NCBI GenBank assembly: GCA_964645605.1
Contig: CAZYCE010000003.1
Span: 1-55,134, forward strand
Reading direction: 5' to 3'
Length of the DNA stretch: 55,134 nt
DNA from: an uncultured Gammaproteobacteria bacterium
Lineage (GTDB): Bacteria > Patescibacteriota > Microgenomatia > UBA8517
Shown: one piece after another, positions 35,428 to 45,240 of the stretch
Numbering within the stretch: position 1 is the stretch's first letter
Layout: every line of letters begins with the position of its first letter
Made by a program: the position numbers and the translations under genes
The notes under the pieces: model-generated
Told to the model about the DNA's origin: nothing
Database searches by the model: none
Seen by the model: only the letters and a program-made list of their open reading frames with translations

Positions 35428-36768
35428 TTATTGAATGTTTTTCAATTCCTTGAAAAGGGCTTCTTTTTCGTTTTCTATTTCTTTATTCTCCACTTTTTCA
35501 AATAAATCATTCAAAATTTTTCCGACTTCGGGGCCCGGCTTGATACCAAGTTCTTTCATGACATCATAGCCACTGATTTTCAGATCTGCTACTGTGAAGG
35601 GCTGTTTTTGCGCTTCAATTAAGCGTTTCTTAAACTCCTCCAGCCTCCAGGAAGTTTCGCGGGCACCCCCCCCAAGTCTGTCACCGACTCGAAGGCTCAA
35701 CATATCTTCAACATTTTCCAGGCCTACATTTTTCAGAAATCTTCTAATTGCAGAATCAGTCTGGTTTTCATCAACACTAAACTGGTGCCATCTTACAAGT
35801 CTTACAAATTTATCCCTTTCTTTGTTGGAAAACTTCAATCTGTCGGCAATACCCTCCGCAATTTTTGTGGAGACCATTTCATGATTGTAAAAAGTTATCA
35901 CTCCCGTAGGCAATTTTTTATATGTTTGAGGTTTGCCTATGTCGTGAATTAAAGTTGCGAATCGTGTGACAGGGTCAACAGACTTACAATTTTTTAGAGA
36001 CATTAAAAGATGTGTGCCAACGTCGTAAATATGATGTCGTCCCGGAGATTTTTGCTCGACGCCGAAACACTTCGTGAGCTCCGGCAAAATCTCCTGCATA
36101 AGCCCGGAATCTTTAAAATTGACAATCCCTTCGTAAGGGTTGGGAGAAGAAAGGAGCTTAAACAGCTCGTCTTTAACTCTTTCCTTGGCAATTTTGTTTA
36201 TAAGCTGAGCGTTTTTTTTGATTGCCTCAAAAGTTTTTTCCTCGATGCTAAAACCAAGTTCGGCCGCAATCCTGACTGCTCTCATCATTCTTAGAGCATC
36301 CTCGGAAAATCTTATATCGGGATCTCCGACTGCCCTGATTAATTTATTTTTAATGTCTTCCTGTCCGCGGTACAAATCAATTACATCGAGATTTTTATCG
36401 AAGGCCAGAGAGTTTATTGTAAAATCGCGCCGTGCCAAATCTTCATCCAGGGTTTTGCCCCAGGAAATTTTATCCGGGTGGCGTGAATCGGAATAGCCTT
36501 CCTCGGTTCTAAAAGTTGTAATTTCGTGGGGACGTTCCGGATCGTCAGGATTATCGGTAAAGACGGTTCCGAAAAGGTTATTATAGAGTCCTCCGGGGAT
36601 TACTTCTAGAATCTCCTCTGGTGCGGCATTGGTTGTGAAGTCCCAATCATGAGTAATTCTGCCCATCAGGGTGTCACGTACGGCCCCACCGACGATGTAG
36701 ATTTCGTATCCGGCTTTGTCGAACTTTTCCAAGATCTCTTTGACCGATTCAGGCAGCTGGACATTCAT
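35428..36768 (-). CDS. cca: CCA tRNA nucleotidyltransferase with HD domain
   Basis: YIVGGAVRD, DWDF, DLARRDFTINS, FSEDALRMMRAVR, HDIGKP. Confidence 0.93.
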   Translation of the reverse strand: MNVQLPESVKEILEKFDKAGYEIYIVGGAVRDTLMGRITHDWDFTTNAAPEEILEVIPGGLYNNLFGTVFTDNPDDPERPHEITTFRTEEGYSDSRHPDKISWGKTLDEDLARRDFTINSLAFDKNLDVIDLYRGQEDIKNKLIRAVGDPDIRFSEDALRMMRAVRIAAELGFSIEEKTFEAIKKNAQLINKIAKERVKDELFKLLSSPNPYEGIVNFKDSGLMQEILPELTKCFGVEQKSPGRHHIYDVGTHLLMSLKNCKSVDPVTRFATLIHDIGKPQTYKKLPTGVITFYNHEMVSTKIAEGIADRLKFSNKERDKFVRLVRWHQFSVDENQTDSAIRRFLKNVGLENVEDMLSLRVGDRLGGGARETSWRLEEFKKRLIEAQKQPFTVADLKISGYDVMKELGIKPGPEVGKILNDLFEKVENKEIENEKEALFKELKNIQ

Positions 36769-36794
36769 TACATATCAATTATACTTTAGTTCAA

Positions 36795-38462
36795 ATGACT
36801 AACCAAGCAAGGAAATGGGAAATAATAGATGAAGGAAAAATAAAAAGTAGTGCAGAAATAATAAATTCACTTCTGAAAAATAGGGGAATCAGATCGAAAA
36901 AGGCAAAGAAAGATTTTTTCGAACCCGCCGATCCTATGGAAATAACTCTTAAGTCGTTGAGAATTAAGGAGGCGGAAGTTAAAAAAGCGGTTGAAAGAAT
37001 CAAAAAGGCCAAGAAAAACGGCGAGCACATAATAATTTACGGAGATTACGACGCGGATGGAATTACGGGTACTGCAACCCTATGGGAAACGCTTCACGAT
37101 GCAGGACTTTTTGTTTTGCCTCATATTCCCGAAAGGTTTACCGAGGGCTATGGATTAAATATTGAAAGCGTTAAAAAACTTAAAAAAGAAGATCCGGAGC
37201 TTTCGCTAATTATCACTGTTGATCACGGTATTACCGCCGGAGAAAAAGTTGACGAGCTTGCAAAAATAGGAATTGACATGATCATTACCGATCATCACCA
37301 GGCCGGTGAGTTTATCCCCAAACCCCTGGCACTTATCTATACGACCGAAGTCAGCGGTTCGGCCCTTTCCTGGTTTTTCTCCAGAGAGATCCTTAAGGAA
37401 TTACGAATTGCAAATTATAAATTACAAATTAAGGAAAGACTTCAGCTTGCTGCAATCGGAACCATCGCAGATCAGCTGCCACTGACCGGTCCCAACCGCG
37501 TGATTGCCAAATATGGACTTGAGGCGCTGGGTAAAACCAGGCGGCCGGGTCTTGTCAGTCTCTATAAGGAAGCGGGCATATCGGAAATCGGTCCTTATGA
37601 AGTAGGCTTTGTTATAGCCCCGAGAATTAATTCAATGGGACGTCTTCGGTATGGACTTGAATCCTTGAGACTTCTTTGTACTAGAGACATGCTCCGCGGT
37701 GCACGCCTCGCCGGCGACATTGGTAGGGTAAATTCCGAAAGGCAGGAAATAGTTGATAAAGTTGTCGAACATGCATTGAGTAGGGCCCAAGGCAACATTC
37801 CGGATGTAATAGTTTTGGCGGATAAAAAATACCATGAAGGAGTAATTGGTTTAGCCGCCGCCAAATTAGTAGAAAAATTTTATCGGCCCGCAATTGTTAT
37901 TTCTGAAAATGGCGATGTATCAAAAGCTTCGGCCAGATCTATCGCAGGATTTAATATTATCGAGGCGATCAGAAAGTTGGATAAATATTATATCGAAGGC
38001 GGTGGGCATCCTATGGCGGCCGGGTTTTCCATAAAAACAAAAAATATTGAAATATTCACCAAAAAAATTAACCAAATTGCCAGTAAGTTTTTGACCGACG
38101 AGGTTCTTCAAAGAAGGCTGAAAATTGATTGTGAAATAAATTTTGATTTGATCAATTTTGATTTAGTAAAAGAAATCTCGCTTTTCGGACCAACCGGAAT
38201 CGGTAATCCCGAACCGGTTTTCGTAAGCCGAGGAATAGAGGTTTTGGACGCAAAGACGGTAGGGAGGGATGCGAAGCATCTTAAGCTCAAAGTGAGGCAA
38301 GATGGACATATTTTTGATTCAATATTTTTTGGTGGGGGAGAAATGTGCTCAAAATTAGCCCCGGGATCACGAGTAGATATGGTTTATTCACTAGAAAAGA
38401 ATGTTTGGATCGGAAATGAGTCACTGCAACTTAAAACAAAGGATTTAAAAATAGTTTCCTGA
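36795..38462 (+). CDS. recJ: ssDNA exonuclease RecJ
   Basis: YGDYDADG, RFTEGYG, TVDHG, TDHH, PRINSMGR, GGHPMAAG. Confidence 0.96.
   Translation: MTNQARKWEIIDEGKIKSSAEIINSLLKNRGIRSKKAKKDFFEPADPMEITLKSLRIKEAEVKKAVERIKKAKKNGEHIIIYGDYDADGITGTATLWETLHDAGLFVLPHIPERFTEGYGLNIESVKKLKKEDPELSLIITVDHGITAGEKVDELAKIGIDMIITDHHQAGEFIPKPLALIYTTEVSGSALSWFFSREILKELRIANYKLQIKERLQLAAIGTIADQLPLTGPNRVIAKYGLEALGKTRRPGLVSLYKEAGISEIGPYEVGFVIAPRINSMGRLRYGLESLRLLCTRDMLRGARLAGDIGRVNSERQEIVDKVVEHALSRAQGNIPDVIVLADKKYHEGVIGLAAAKLVEKFYRPAIVISENGDVSKASARSIAGFNIIEAIRKLDKYYIEGGGHPMAAGFSIKTKNIEIFTKKINQIASKFLTDEVLQRRLKIDCEINFDLINFDLVKEISLFGPTGIGNPEPVFVSRGIEVLDAKTVGRDAKHLKLKVRQDGHIFDSIFFGGGEMCSKLAPGSRVDMVYSLEKNVWIGNESLQLKTKDLKIVS
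37399..37433. repeat. Five tandem heptamers inside recJ
   Basis: AATTACG AATTGCA AATTATA AATTACA AATTAAG. Confidence 0.75.
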
Positions 38463-38467
38463 CGATT

Positions 38468-38782
38468 TTACTTGTCCCCACTTCCAACAAGCCTGTGTCC
38501 AAGCCGACTATTTCTGCTCGGCAATATTGGATACGCTCCTTTAATTTCATCGTCGGAGATTGGTAGTTTATGAGTAAGCGTGTCTTCGACATGAAATACC
38601 CTATTTATCATCCCTTTTTCCTTGTCTTGTTCACTGTCATACATATGCCTTGGGCATTGTTCTTTCTTTTTTCCGCAATCACCATTTTCTGGCAAAGGCT
38701 GCATTTGCCAGTCCGGACGCGCCTTCCTCCAAAAAACATAACCGCATTTCCCATAACTTGTACACTCATTTTCTGTAGCCAT
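38468..38782 (-). CDS. Hypothetical Cys-containing protein
   Basis: 104-aa ORF with ATG; no recognised motif. Confidence 0.55.
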   Translation of the reverse strand: MATENECTSYGKCGYVFWRKARPDWQMQPLPENGDCGKKKEQCPRHMYDSEQDKEKGMINRVFHVEDTLTHKLPISDDEIKGAYPILPSRNSRLGHRLVGSGDK

Positions 38783-38885
38783 AAATAATATACTTCTGTA
38801 AAGCCAGAGGCGATATTTTACCTCATTTATTGTTTAGGATCAAGACATTCTAGATTTAGCAGGGCAAGTGCATTAGAATATACTC

Positions 38886-40199
38886 ATGGAAAGAATTCTT
38901 GTCGCAAATACCATAGACAAAATCGGCGAAAAGGTCCGTCTTGAAGGGTGGATAAATACGGTCCGCGACCACGGAAAAATAACTTTCATTGACCTGCGGG
39001 ACAGAAGCGGAATTATTCAGTGTGTAGGAACTAATCTCGAACATACATCTCCGGAGTCTGTAATTGAAATTATCGGCACGGTTGCCAAACGGCCCGAGAA
39101 ATTGGTGAATCCTAAACTACCTACTGGTTCGGTCGAGGTACAGATAGAATCTCTGAAGGTTATTTCACTTGCTGCCGAGCTGCCTTTTGATATGGGTGGG
39201 GAGGATCTGAATATGGATTTACCGACTCTTCTGGATTATCGAGCGTTGACACTCAGGCATAAAAAACAGCAGGCGATTTTTAAAGTCCAGGCAGTAATAA
39301 TTAATGCATTTAGAACCGCACTTTTGAAAAAAGATTTTGTTGAATTTCAGGCTCCTTCAATCATCTCATCTGTTCCCGAGGGAGGGGCTGAAGTTTTCAA
39401 GGTAAAATATTATGAAAATGAGGCATTTTTGTCCCAAAGTCCGCAGCTTTATAAATCGCTTTTGGTCGGAATTTTTGAAAGGGTTTTTAGTGTCAACCAA
39501 ATTTTCAGAGCGGAGCCGTCGGTTACGACCAGGCATTTGTCTGAAGTAACAAGTCTTGATGCGGAATTTGGTTTTATTGACTCATGGAAAGATATTATGG
39601 AAATGGAAGAATATGTAGTCAGATTTATCTTTTCGGAAGTCGAAAGTAAGTGTTCTGAAGAGCTGGCTTTGTTTGGCGCCACCGTACCGAAACTTTCGGA
39701 GAAAATTCCGGTCTTGAAACTTAGAGAAGCTCAGGAAATCATTTTTCAGCGTATTGGTCGCGATGTTAGAACCGAAAAAGATTTAACACCCGAGGATGAA
39801 CGCGAGATTTGTAAATGGTCTTTGGAGGAAAAAGGAAGCGACCTTGTTTTTATTTCCCATTTCCCGACTAAGAAAAAGCCGTTTTATGTTTACCCCGACC
39901 CTGAAGATCCGACTTATGGATTTTCTGTAGACCTTTTGGGACGTGGAACAGAGTGGTCGAGCGGCGGACAAAGGCTTAATAATTACAAAGAAATACTTGA
40001 ACATATTCACGAATGGGGTTTGAAAGAAAAAGATGTGGAACTTTATCTGCAGTCATTCAAGTTTGGAGTCCCCCCGCTTGGTGGATTTGCTTTGGGAGCG
40101 GAGAGGGTGACGATGCATATCCTGGGACTTAAAAATGTCAGAGAGGCATCACTTTTCCCCAGGGACATGGAAAGGATTGACCTTCGAATTTCCCGATGA
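38886..40199 (+). CDS. aspS: Aspartyl-tRNA synthetase, short archaeal/eukaryote-type
   Basis: FIDLRDRSG, LSQSPQLYK, FRAEPS.T.RHL, SSGGQR, GAER..., LFPRD; no GAD insert at 437 aa. Confidence 0.92.
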   Translation: MERILVANTIDKIGEKVRLEGWINTVRDHGKITFIDLRDRSGIIQCVGTNLEHTSPESVIEIIGTVAKRPEKLVNPKLPTGSVEVQIESLKVISLAAELPFDMGGEDLNMDLPTLLDYRALTLRHKKQQAIFKVQAVIINAFRTALLKKDFVEFQAPSIISSVPEGGAEVFKVKYYENEAFLSQSPQLYKSLLVGIFERVFSVNQIFRAEPSVTTRHLSEVTSLDAEFGFIDSWKDIMEMEEYVVRFIFSEVESKCSEELALFGATVPKLSEKIPVLKLREAQEIIFQRIGRDVRTEKDLTPEDEREICKWSLEEKGSDLVFISHFPTKKKPFYVYPDPEDPTYGFSVDLLGRGTEWSSGGQRLNNYKEILEHIHEWGLKEKDVELYLQSFKFGVPPLGGFALGAERVTMHILGLKNVREASLFPRDMERIDLRISR

Positions 40200-41143
40200 A
40201 ATTTAAGCTCAACAAAAATTACTTTTTATATTTTGTAATGATAGTCTTTGTTTTCGTTTCCACAACTGCCATGTCTTTGGCAAAAAACTTAACAGAATTT
40301 ACGGAAAAGACCCCTGAGACCGTCTTAAACTACAAAAATCTACCGAAAAATCCGGTTTTAAAAGAAAGTAGCCTAACTTTCCCCGTAATTTCGGCCCAGG
40401 GTGCCATTGCTTTCGACTTGGGGTCGGGTGTAACTCTTTATGAGAAAAATCCGACAGCCAAACTTCTTCCTGCCTCCACCGCCAAAATTGTGACTGCTCT
40501 AGTTGCAATGGATACATATCAATCCGATCAAGTCTTGACCGTTCAAAAAGGTTCAAATGTTGATGGGCAAAAAATGGGACTTTTTGTTGGAGAACAAATG
40601 ACTTTTAAAAACCTTCTTAGCGCCCTATTGGTTTATTCCGCAAATGATGCCGCAATGACATTGGCAATGAATTACCCCGGCGGCTACGATGGTTTTATTT
40701 CTGCAATGAATGAAAAAGCAAAGGCTCTATCCATGACAGATTCTCATTTTGAGAACCCAATTGGTCTTGACGGCACGACTCAAACAACAACCGCAAAGGA
40801 CCTTCTTAGAGTATCGGAGGTTGCTATGCGAAATCCCGTATTCGCGGAGATTGTCGGATTAAAATCAGTAACTGTTACTGATGTTGGGGGAAAAAATATA
40901 TATCACCTTTCAAATGTAAACGAACTTTTGGGTGAGGTCCCTGGTGTTTTGGGAATCAAGACAGGCTGGACGGAGAATGCACGCGAAAATTTGGTTACGT
41001 ATATTGAACGCGATGGACATAAAATAATAATCGTTGTTCTTGGGAGTCAGGATAGATTCGGAGAAACAAAAGAGCTCGTGGATTGGATTTTTGCCAATTA
41101 TGATTGGCAGGATGTTGCCGTTCCCCAAGCCCCAAACTCTTAA
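40196..41143 (+). CDS. D-alanyl-D-alanine carboxypeptidase (peptidase S11)
   Basis: PASTAK (SxxK), YSAND (SxN), KTG. Confidence 0.93.
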   Translation: MKFKLNKNYFLYFVMIVFVFVSTTAMSLAKNLTEFTEKTPETVLNYKNLPKNPVLKESSLTFPVISAQGAIAFDLGSGVTLYEKNPTAKLLPASTAKIVTALVAMDTYQSDQVLTVQKGSNVDGQKMGLFVGEQMTFKNLLSALLVYSANDAAMTLAMNYPGGYDGFISAMNEKAKALSMTDSHFENPIGLDGTTQTTTAKDLLRVSEVAMRNPVFAEIVGLKSVTVTDVGGKNIYHLSNVNELLGEVPGVLGIKTGWTENARENLVTYIERDGHKIIIVVLGSQDRFGETKELVDWIFANYDWQDVAVPQAPNS

Positions 41144-41145
41144 GA

Positions 41146-42198
41146 TTAGTTGCCGTAATATTCGGCAGTGACTGCGGGTAGATAGGCAATGAACCCATTG
41201 TCTCCTTCAAAAACATAGATTGGTTGATAGTATTCAGTGATCACATCAGGGTCGAAATAGGCCAAATAGATACGTCTTATTTTGAGACTGCCGCCATCTT
41301 TATTTAGTCCCAAACTGGCAATAAAAGCTTGCCCGTTTTGCAATTCAGTGAAAGCTTCGGATGCGGTTTTAATGGGATATGTGGAATATTGGGTTTCATC
41401 AACAGAGTGATAATGATATTCGGAAGCAATTATCTTTTTGTTGATGTTTCCGGCACCACTTATAATTGCCCAAACATTGGCTTGGTTTGGATTTCCTGTC
41501 ATGGCCGGAAGGTCATCATAATTTTTCCTGAATAAATTTATCTTTACAAAATTGGCTTCGGAAAGAGACATTGCGCTCACTAACTGTCCGTTTGAAATTT
41601 TCAGAAAATCATGTGTGACCGGCCCTGTCATATCGGCGGGCAGCATATTTGCTCCTGAAAGAAAGGATCTAAACTCGGATGCAGCCACTTCGGCAACAGG
41701 AGGCCTAAAGTCAATAGGGGTTTTGTCTGCAGCCAAATCATAACTGATTGAGAAAGTTTCCGTAATGATATTCATTTGCAGTGTTGATGGAAAGCTGAGA
41801 TTTTTAAATCTGTAAATGGTATCCGAAACCTGCTGGGCATTTGCGCCAAATCCTAAAGCGGCGGCTTTGCTCTTGGCTGCATCAAGAGAAAGTAAACTCG
41901 CACTGGTTTTGGGCATAAAATAAACTTTTGCCTGAGAGGGCATATTTGTAGGCAGTCCTCCGTCGGGAGTCTCCAGAGTATATGTCAGTTTTGCCGTGAT
42001 CCCGTTTTTGGGAAAAGGAATCGTAGTCAGTCTGCCGTATTTGACTGTCGGAGCAGGGGGAGGGGCCGGAAAAAGCTTTTTATAAATACCGATTCCGGCA
42101 TTTAAGAGAATCCTTCCTACAATAAGAAAAACAATAAAGTAAATTCCATAGCGAATTATTTTTCTTGAGGTAATGGAAATACTGGTAAGAGTGGTCAT
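41146..42198 (-). CDS. Hypothetical membrane-anchored protein
   Basis: N-terminal TM; C-terminal IYLAYF...YQPIYVF; start set to ATG 42198. Confidence 0.75.
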   Translation of the reverse strand: MTTLTSISITSRKIIRYGIYFIVFLIVGRILLNAGIGIYKKLFPAPPPAPTVKYGRLTTIPFPKNGITAKLTYTLETPDGGLPTNMPSQAKVYFMPKTSASLLSLDAAKSKAAALGFGANAQQVSDTIYRFKNLSFPSTLQMNIITETFSISYDLAADKTPIDFRPPVAEVAASEFRSFLSGANMLPADMTGPVTHDFLKISNGQLVSAMSLSEANFVKINLFRKNYDDLPAMTGNPNQANVWAIISGAGNINKKIIASEYHYHSVDETQYSTYPIKTASEAFTELQNGQAFIASLGLNKDGGSLKIRRIYLAYFDPDVITEYYQPIYVFEGDNGFIAYLPAVTAEYYGN

Positions 42199-42324
42199 GC
42201 TTAATACATTATAAATGATAAATGCCAAATGGAGAATTGGGTGATAAATTTACTCCTGCTTTGCAAAAGATATTGTCATTTTGTAGCGTGGTAAGTTTGC
42301 TACACAAATGGTAAAATTGAAGCT

Positions 42325-43668
42325 ATGATAAAAGTAAGAACACGTTTTGCCCCAAGTCCTACGGGGTTTTTGCATATAGGAAGCCTTCGTACGGCGCTCT
42401 ATGCATTTGCTATGGCCAAGCACAATGGAGGAGATTTTATTTTAAGAATTGAAGACACCGATCAAAAGCGCCGGATTAAAGGTGCCACAGAAGCTCTCCA
42501 GACGACTTTAAAAAAATTTGATTTAAAATGGGATGAATTTTATGTACAGAGTGAGAGGGCTAAAACAGGGATTTATAAGATGGCCGCCGAAAAATTAATT
42601 GCCGGAGGCCACGCTTTCTATTGCCGGTGTAAAGCAAAAAATGCGAAAGAAGAAGGATTCTCAAATACCCTGAGGGATCCATGCAGGGAAAAGAATTTGC
42701 AAAACGGGGCTATCAAATTAAAAGTACCGGACGGAAAAGTTGTCAGCTACTATGATTTTGTTCATAAAAAAGAAATTTCTTGGAATACGGACGATGTATA
42801 TGATGCTACGCTCTTAAAAAGTGATGGGTTTCCGACATATCACCTTGCGGCGATGGTTGACGATCTTGATATGGGAATTACCCATATTCTGAGAGGTCAT
42901 GATTGGCTTCCTTCAACACCGATTCACCTTCTGGTATTTGAGTACCTTGGTGAAAAAAGACCTGAAATAGGTCATCTGACTGATATTCTTTCGGCAACTA
43001 CCGGTAAAAAATTAAGTAAACGCCGGGATTCTGTATTTGTTGAGCAGTTTTTGAATGAAGGATATCTTCCTGAGGCACTTTTGAATTTTGTGATGCTTCT
43101 TGGATGGGCGCCAAAGGATAACCGTGAAATTTTCTCCCTTTCTCAATTTGTTGAACATTTTGATGTGGCGGGATTCCAGGAGGCAAATCCAAGATTTTTG
43201 GTAGACAAACTCAATTGGTTTAACGGAGAATATATTAGAAAACTTTCCGACGAGAGTTTAAATTCCAAATTCCAAATTACAAATTCCAAATTTGCAGAAA
43301 TAGACTCAGTTAAACAGCTTCAAATAACAAAATTAATTAAGGATAGAATCGCTAAAATTTCCGATTTGGAAAGCATTGCAGGATTTTTTTGGGAGGAAAA
43401 ACCTGTCGATAAGGGTCTTTTAGGCAAAAATTATAAAAACCACATAGAAGATGCGGTTGCCGTAATAGAAAATCTTCCCGAATGGAATTTGGAAAAATTA
43501 AACGATGCTCTTATGACTAATATCAAGAAAAAAGGCTACAAGACAGGGGACTTTTTTATGGATCTTAGAATTGCCGTTACGGGAAGCAAATTCACCCCGC
43601 CAATAAACGATTCGATAATAATTTTAGGTAAAGAGGAAGCAATAAAAAGACTGAAAACCATTATCTAG
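42325..43668 (+). CDS. gltX: Glutamyl-tRNA synthetase
   Basis: RFAPSPTG.LHIG (HIGS), LRIEDTD, KKLSKR. Confidence 0.97.
   Translation: MIKVRTRFAPSPTGFLHIGSLRTALYAFAMAKHNGGDFILRIEDTDQKRRIKGATEALQTTLKKFDLKWDEFYVQSERAKTGIYKMAAEKLIAGGHAFYCRCKAKNAKEEGFSNTLRDPCREKNLQNGAIKLKVPDGKVVSYYDFVHKKEISWNTDDVYDATLLKSDGFPTYHLAAMVDDLDMGITHILRGHDWLPSTPIHLLVFEYLGEKRPEIGHLTDILSATTGKKLSKRRDSVFVEQFLNEGYLPEALLNFVMLLGWAPKDNREIFSLSQFVEHFDVAGFQEANPRFLVDKLNWFNGEYIRKLSDESLNSKFQITNSKFAEIDSVKQLQITKLIKDRIAKISDLESIAGFFWEEKPVDKGLLGKNYKNHIEDAVAVIENLPEWNLEKLNDALMTNIKKKGYKTGDFFMDLRIAVTGSKFTPPINDSIIILGKEEAIKRLKTII
43260..43294. repeat. Five tandem heptamers inside gltX
   Basis: AAATTCC AAATTCC AAATTAC AAATTCC AAATTTG. Confidence 0.85.
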
Positions 43669-43672
43669 TGTT

Positions 43673-44527
43673 ATGTATTTTGCCAATAATTTTGAAACTT
43701 TACGCAATAGACTAAAACTCCGGAATATAAAGACCAGAAACGCTTTGTGTCAGAAGTATCCGGAAGTCGGAAAATTTTTTGCGACGGGAGCTGTCGCGGG
43801 TGCTCTTGTTTTTGCTCCGTCTGGCGTGTCTACGGGTTTGCCAAACCCCACAGAAATTGTCAAAAGTTTTACCGATGTTGGGGAAGTTTCTGACAATGCC
43901 GCATCTTCCCCAAAGGCTGCACTTGTTGCATCCCTTCGCTCATTAATTCCTGAAAAAGCCCAGCCTCTCAATCGATCTCAGGAAAAATATTTAGAGGTGC
44001 TTTTCAAAAACGTTATCGGAATAAATGCCAAAGCAACACTTGAGGGTGAACATCTTAATACCACCTATGGACTGATAGGTTTGGAGCAAAATCTTGCGAG
44101 ATATCCGGGCGATAGGGTTACATACATGGCCCCGGGTAGGGGTGCTTGGGGATATTTTGCTCCCTCAAAATCGGAGCTCACCAGTGTGGATATTGAGCGT
44201 GAAAAATGGTATGTGGTGGTTCAGACATTGTATTTGCCAGATTGGAATACAAGGTTTAAATATCTGCGGGACTGGTATAAGTATAGAAAAGTGTTGATAG
44301 TAAATACGGTAAACGGAAATGCGGTTGTTGGCGATATTGCAGATTCCGGTCCTGCCGCTTGGACAGGGAAGCAGTTCGGAGGAAGTCCCGAGGTAATGCA
44401 GGCATTGGGAGGAGCCAAATATACAAAAGGAAAAGTAATTATGTTTTTTGTTGACGATCCTGAAAATAAAGTTCCGCTCGGACCTATTGACTACGAAAGC
44501 ATAAGCAGGATATCTTTAAAATCGTAA
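43673..44527 (+). CDS. Hypothetical protein with possible C-terminal DPBB (RlpA-like) domain
   Basis: VLIVNTVNGNAVVGDIADSGP segment; domain call tentative. Confidence 0.7.
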   Translation: MYFANNFETLRNRLKLRNIKTRNALCQKYPEVGKFFATGAVAGALVFAPSGVSTGLPNPTEIVKSFTDVGEVSDNAASSPKAALVASLRSLIPEKAQPLNRSQEKYLEVLFKNVIGINAKATLEGEHLNTTYGLIGLEQNLARYPGDRVTYMAPGRGAWGYFAPSKSELTSVDIEREKWYVVVQTLYLPDWNTRFKYLRDWYKYRKVLIVNTVNGNAVVGDIADSGPAAWTGKQFGGSPEVMQALGGAKYTKGKVIMFFVDDPENKVPLGPIDYESISRISLKS

Positions 44528-44541
44528 TATAATTAATAAAT

Positions 44542-44928
44542 ATGATAATTCCCGATGAAATAATCTCAAAAAATCCGGTACTTGAGGCGAATATTAAAAA
44601 AGTTGAAGAGGGTATTTCAAAATTTTCCGGGACCTCCGAGGAAAAAAATGAGCTATCAAATATTATTGACGAGGCTGTCACTCTCTCCTCTGAAGATTAT
44701 TTGTTTGGTTCGCTATCGAAGGATTCCCGTGTAAAATTTGAGAAAACTTTTACTTCCCCCGTAACATTTGAGGAAACAATTGCCTTTGTGCATAAGGAAA
44801 CAGGTAAAAGTGAGGAGGAAATTAGAAGAGGCCTTGGTGAGGCGCTTAACAAAACGTTTTCGGAAACCCTTACGGAGTTAAAAAATCCAGACGAAATAAA
44901 CATGGAAACAAAGCTGTCAATTAAATAG
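44542..44928 (+). CDS. Hypothetical acidic helical protein
   Basis: 128-aa ORF. Confidence 0.6.
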   Translation: MIIPDEIISKNPVLEANIKKVEEGISKFSGTSEEKNELSNIIDEAVTLSSEDYLFGSLSKDSRVKFEKTFTSPVTFEETIAFVHKETGKSEEEIRRGLGEALNKTFSETLTELKNPDEINMETKLSIK

Positions 44929-44929
44929 A

Positions 44930-45232
44930 ATGGATAATCACTTCGGCGGGGTTATCTGGACGAACCATGTACTTGACAGGCTGCGTGAACGCGGCATAAA
45001 ACAGGGCGATGCTTGGGCAACTTGGAGAAATCCGGATCATTCCAAAAAGGGTTCCGCCCGGGATTCCTGGGTTTACTACAGAACTTTCAATTCCACAACA
45101 ATAGAGGTTGTTGCTAAACAAAATGAAAAGAAAGAATGGTTGATTCTGTCTGTTTGGTCAAAACCCGCACATCCGGATAAGAAAAGCCGCAAGGAATCTT
45201 TTTGGCAATTTATCCTCAGGAAAATTTTTTAA
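44930..45232 (+). CDS. DUF4258-like small protein
   Basis: WTNHVLDRLRERGI...NPD...IEVV...LILSVW. Confidence 0.7.
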   Translation: MDNHFGGVIWTNHVLDRLRERGIKQGDAWATWRNPDHSKKGSARDSWVYYRTFNSTTIEVVAKQNEKKEWLILSVWSKPAHPDKKSRKESFWQFILRKIF

Positions 45233-45240
45233 TAATTATT

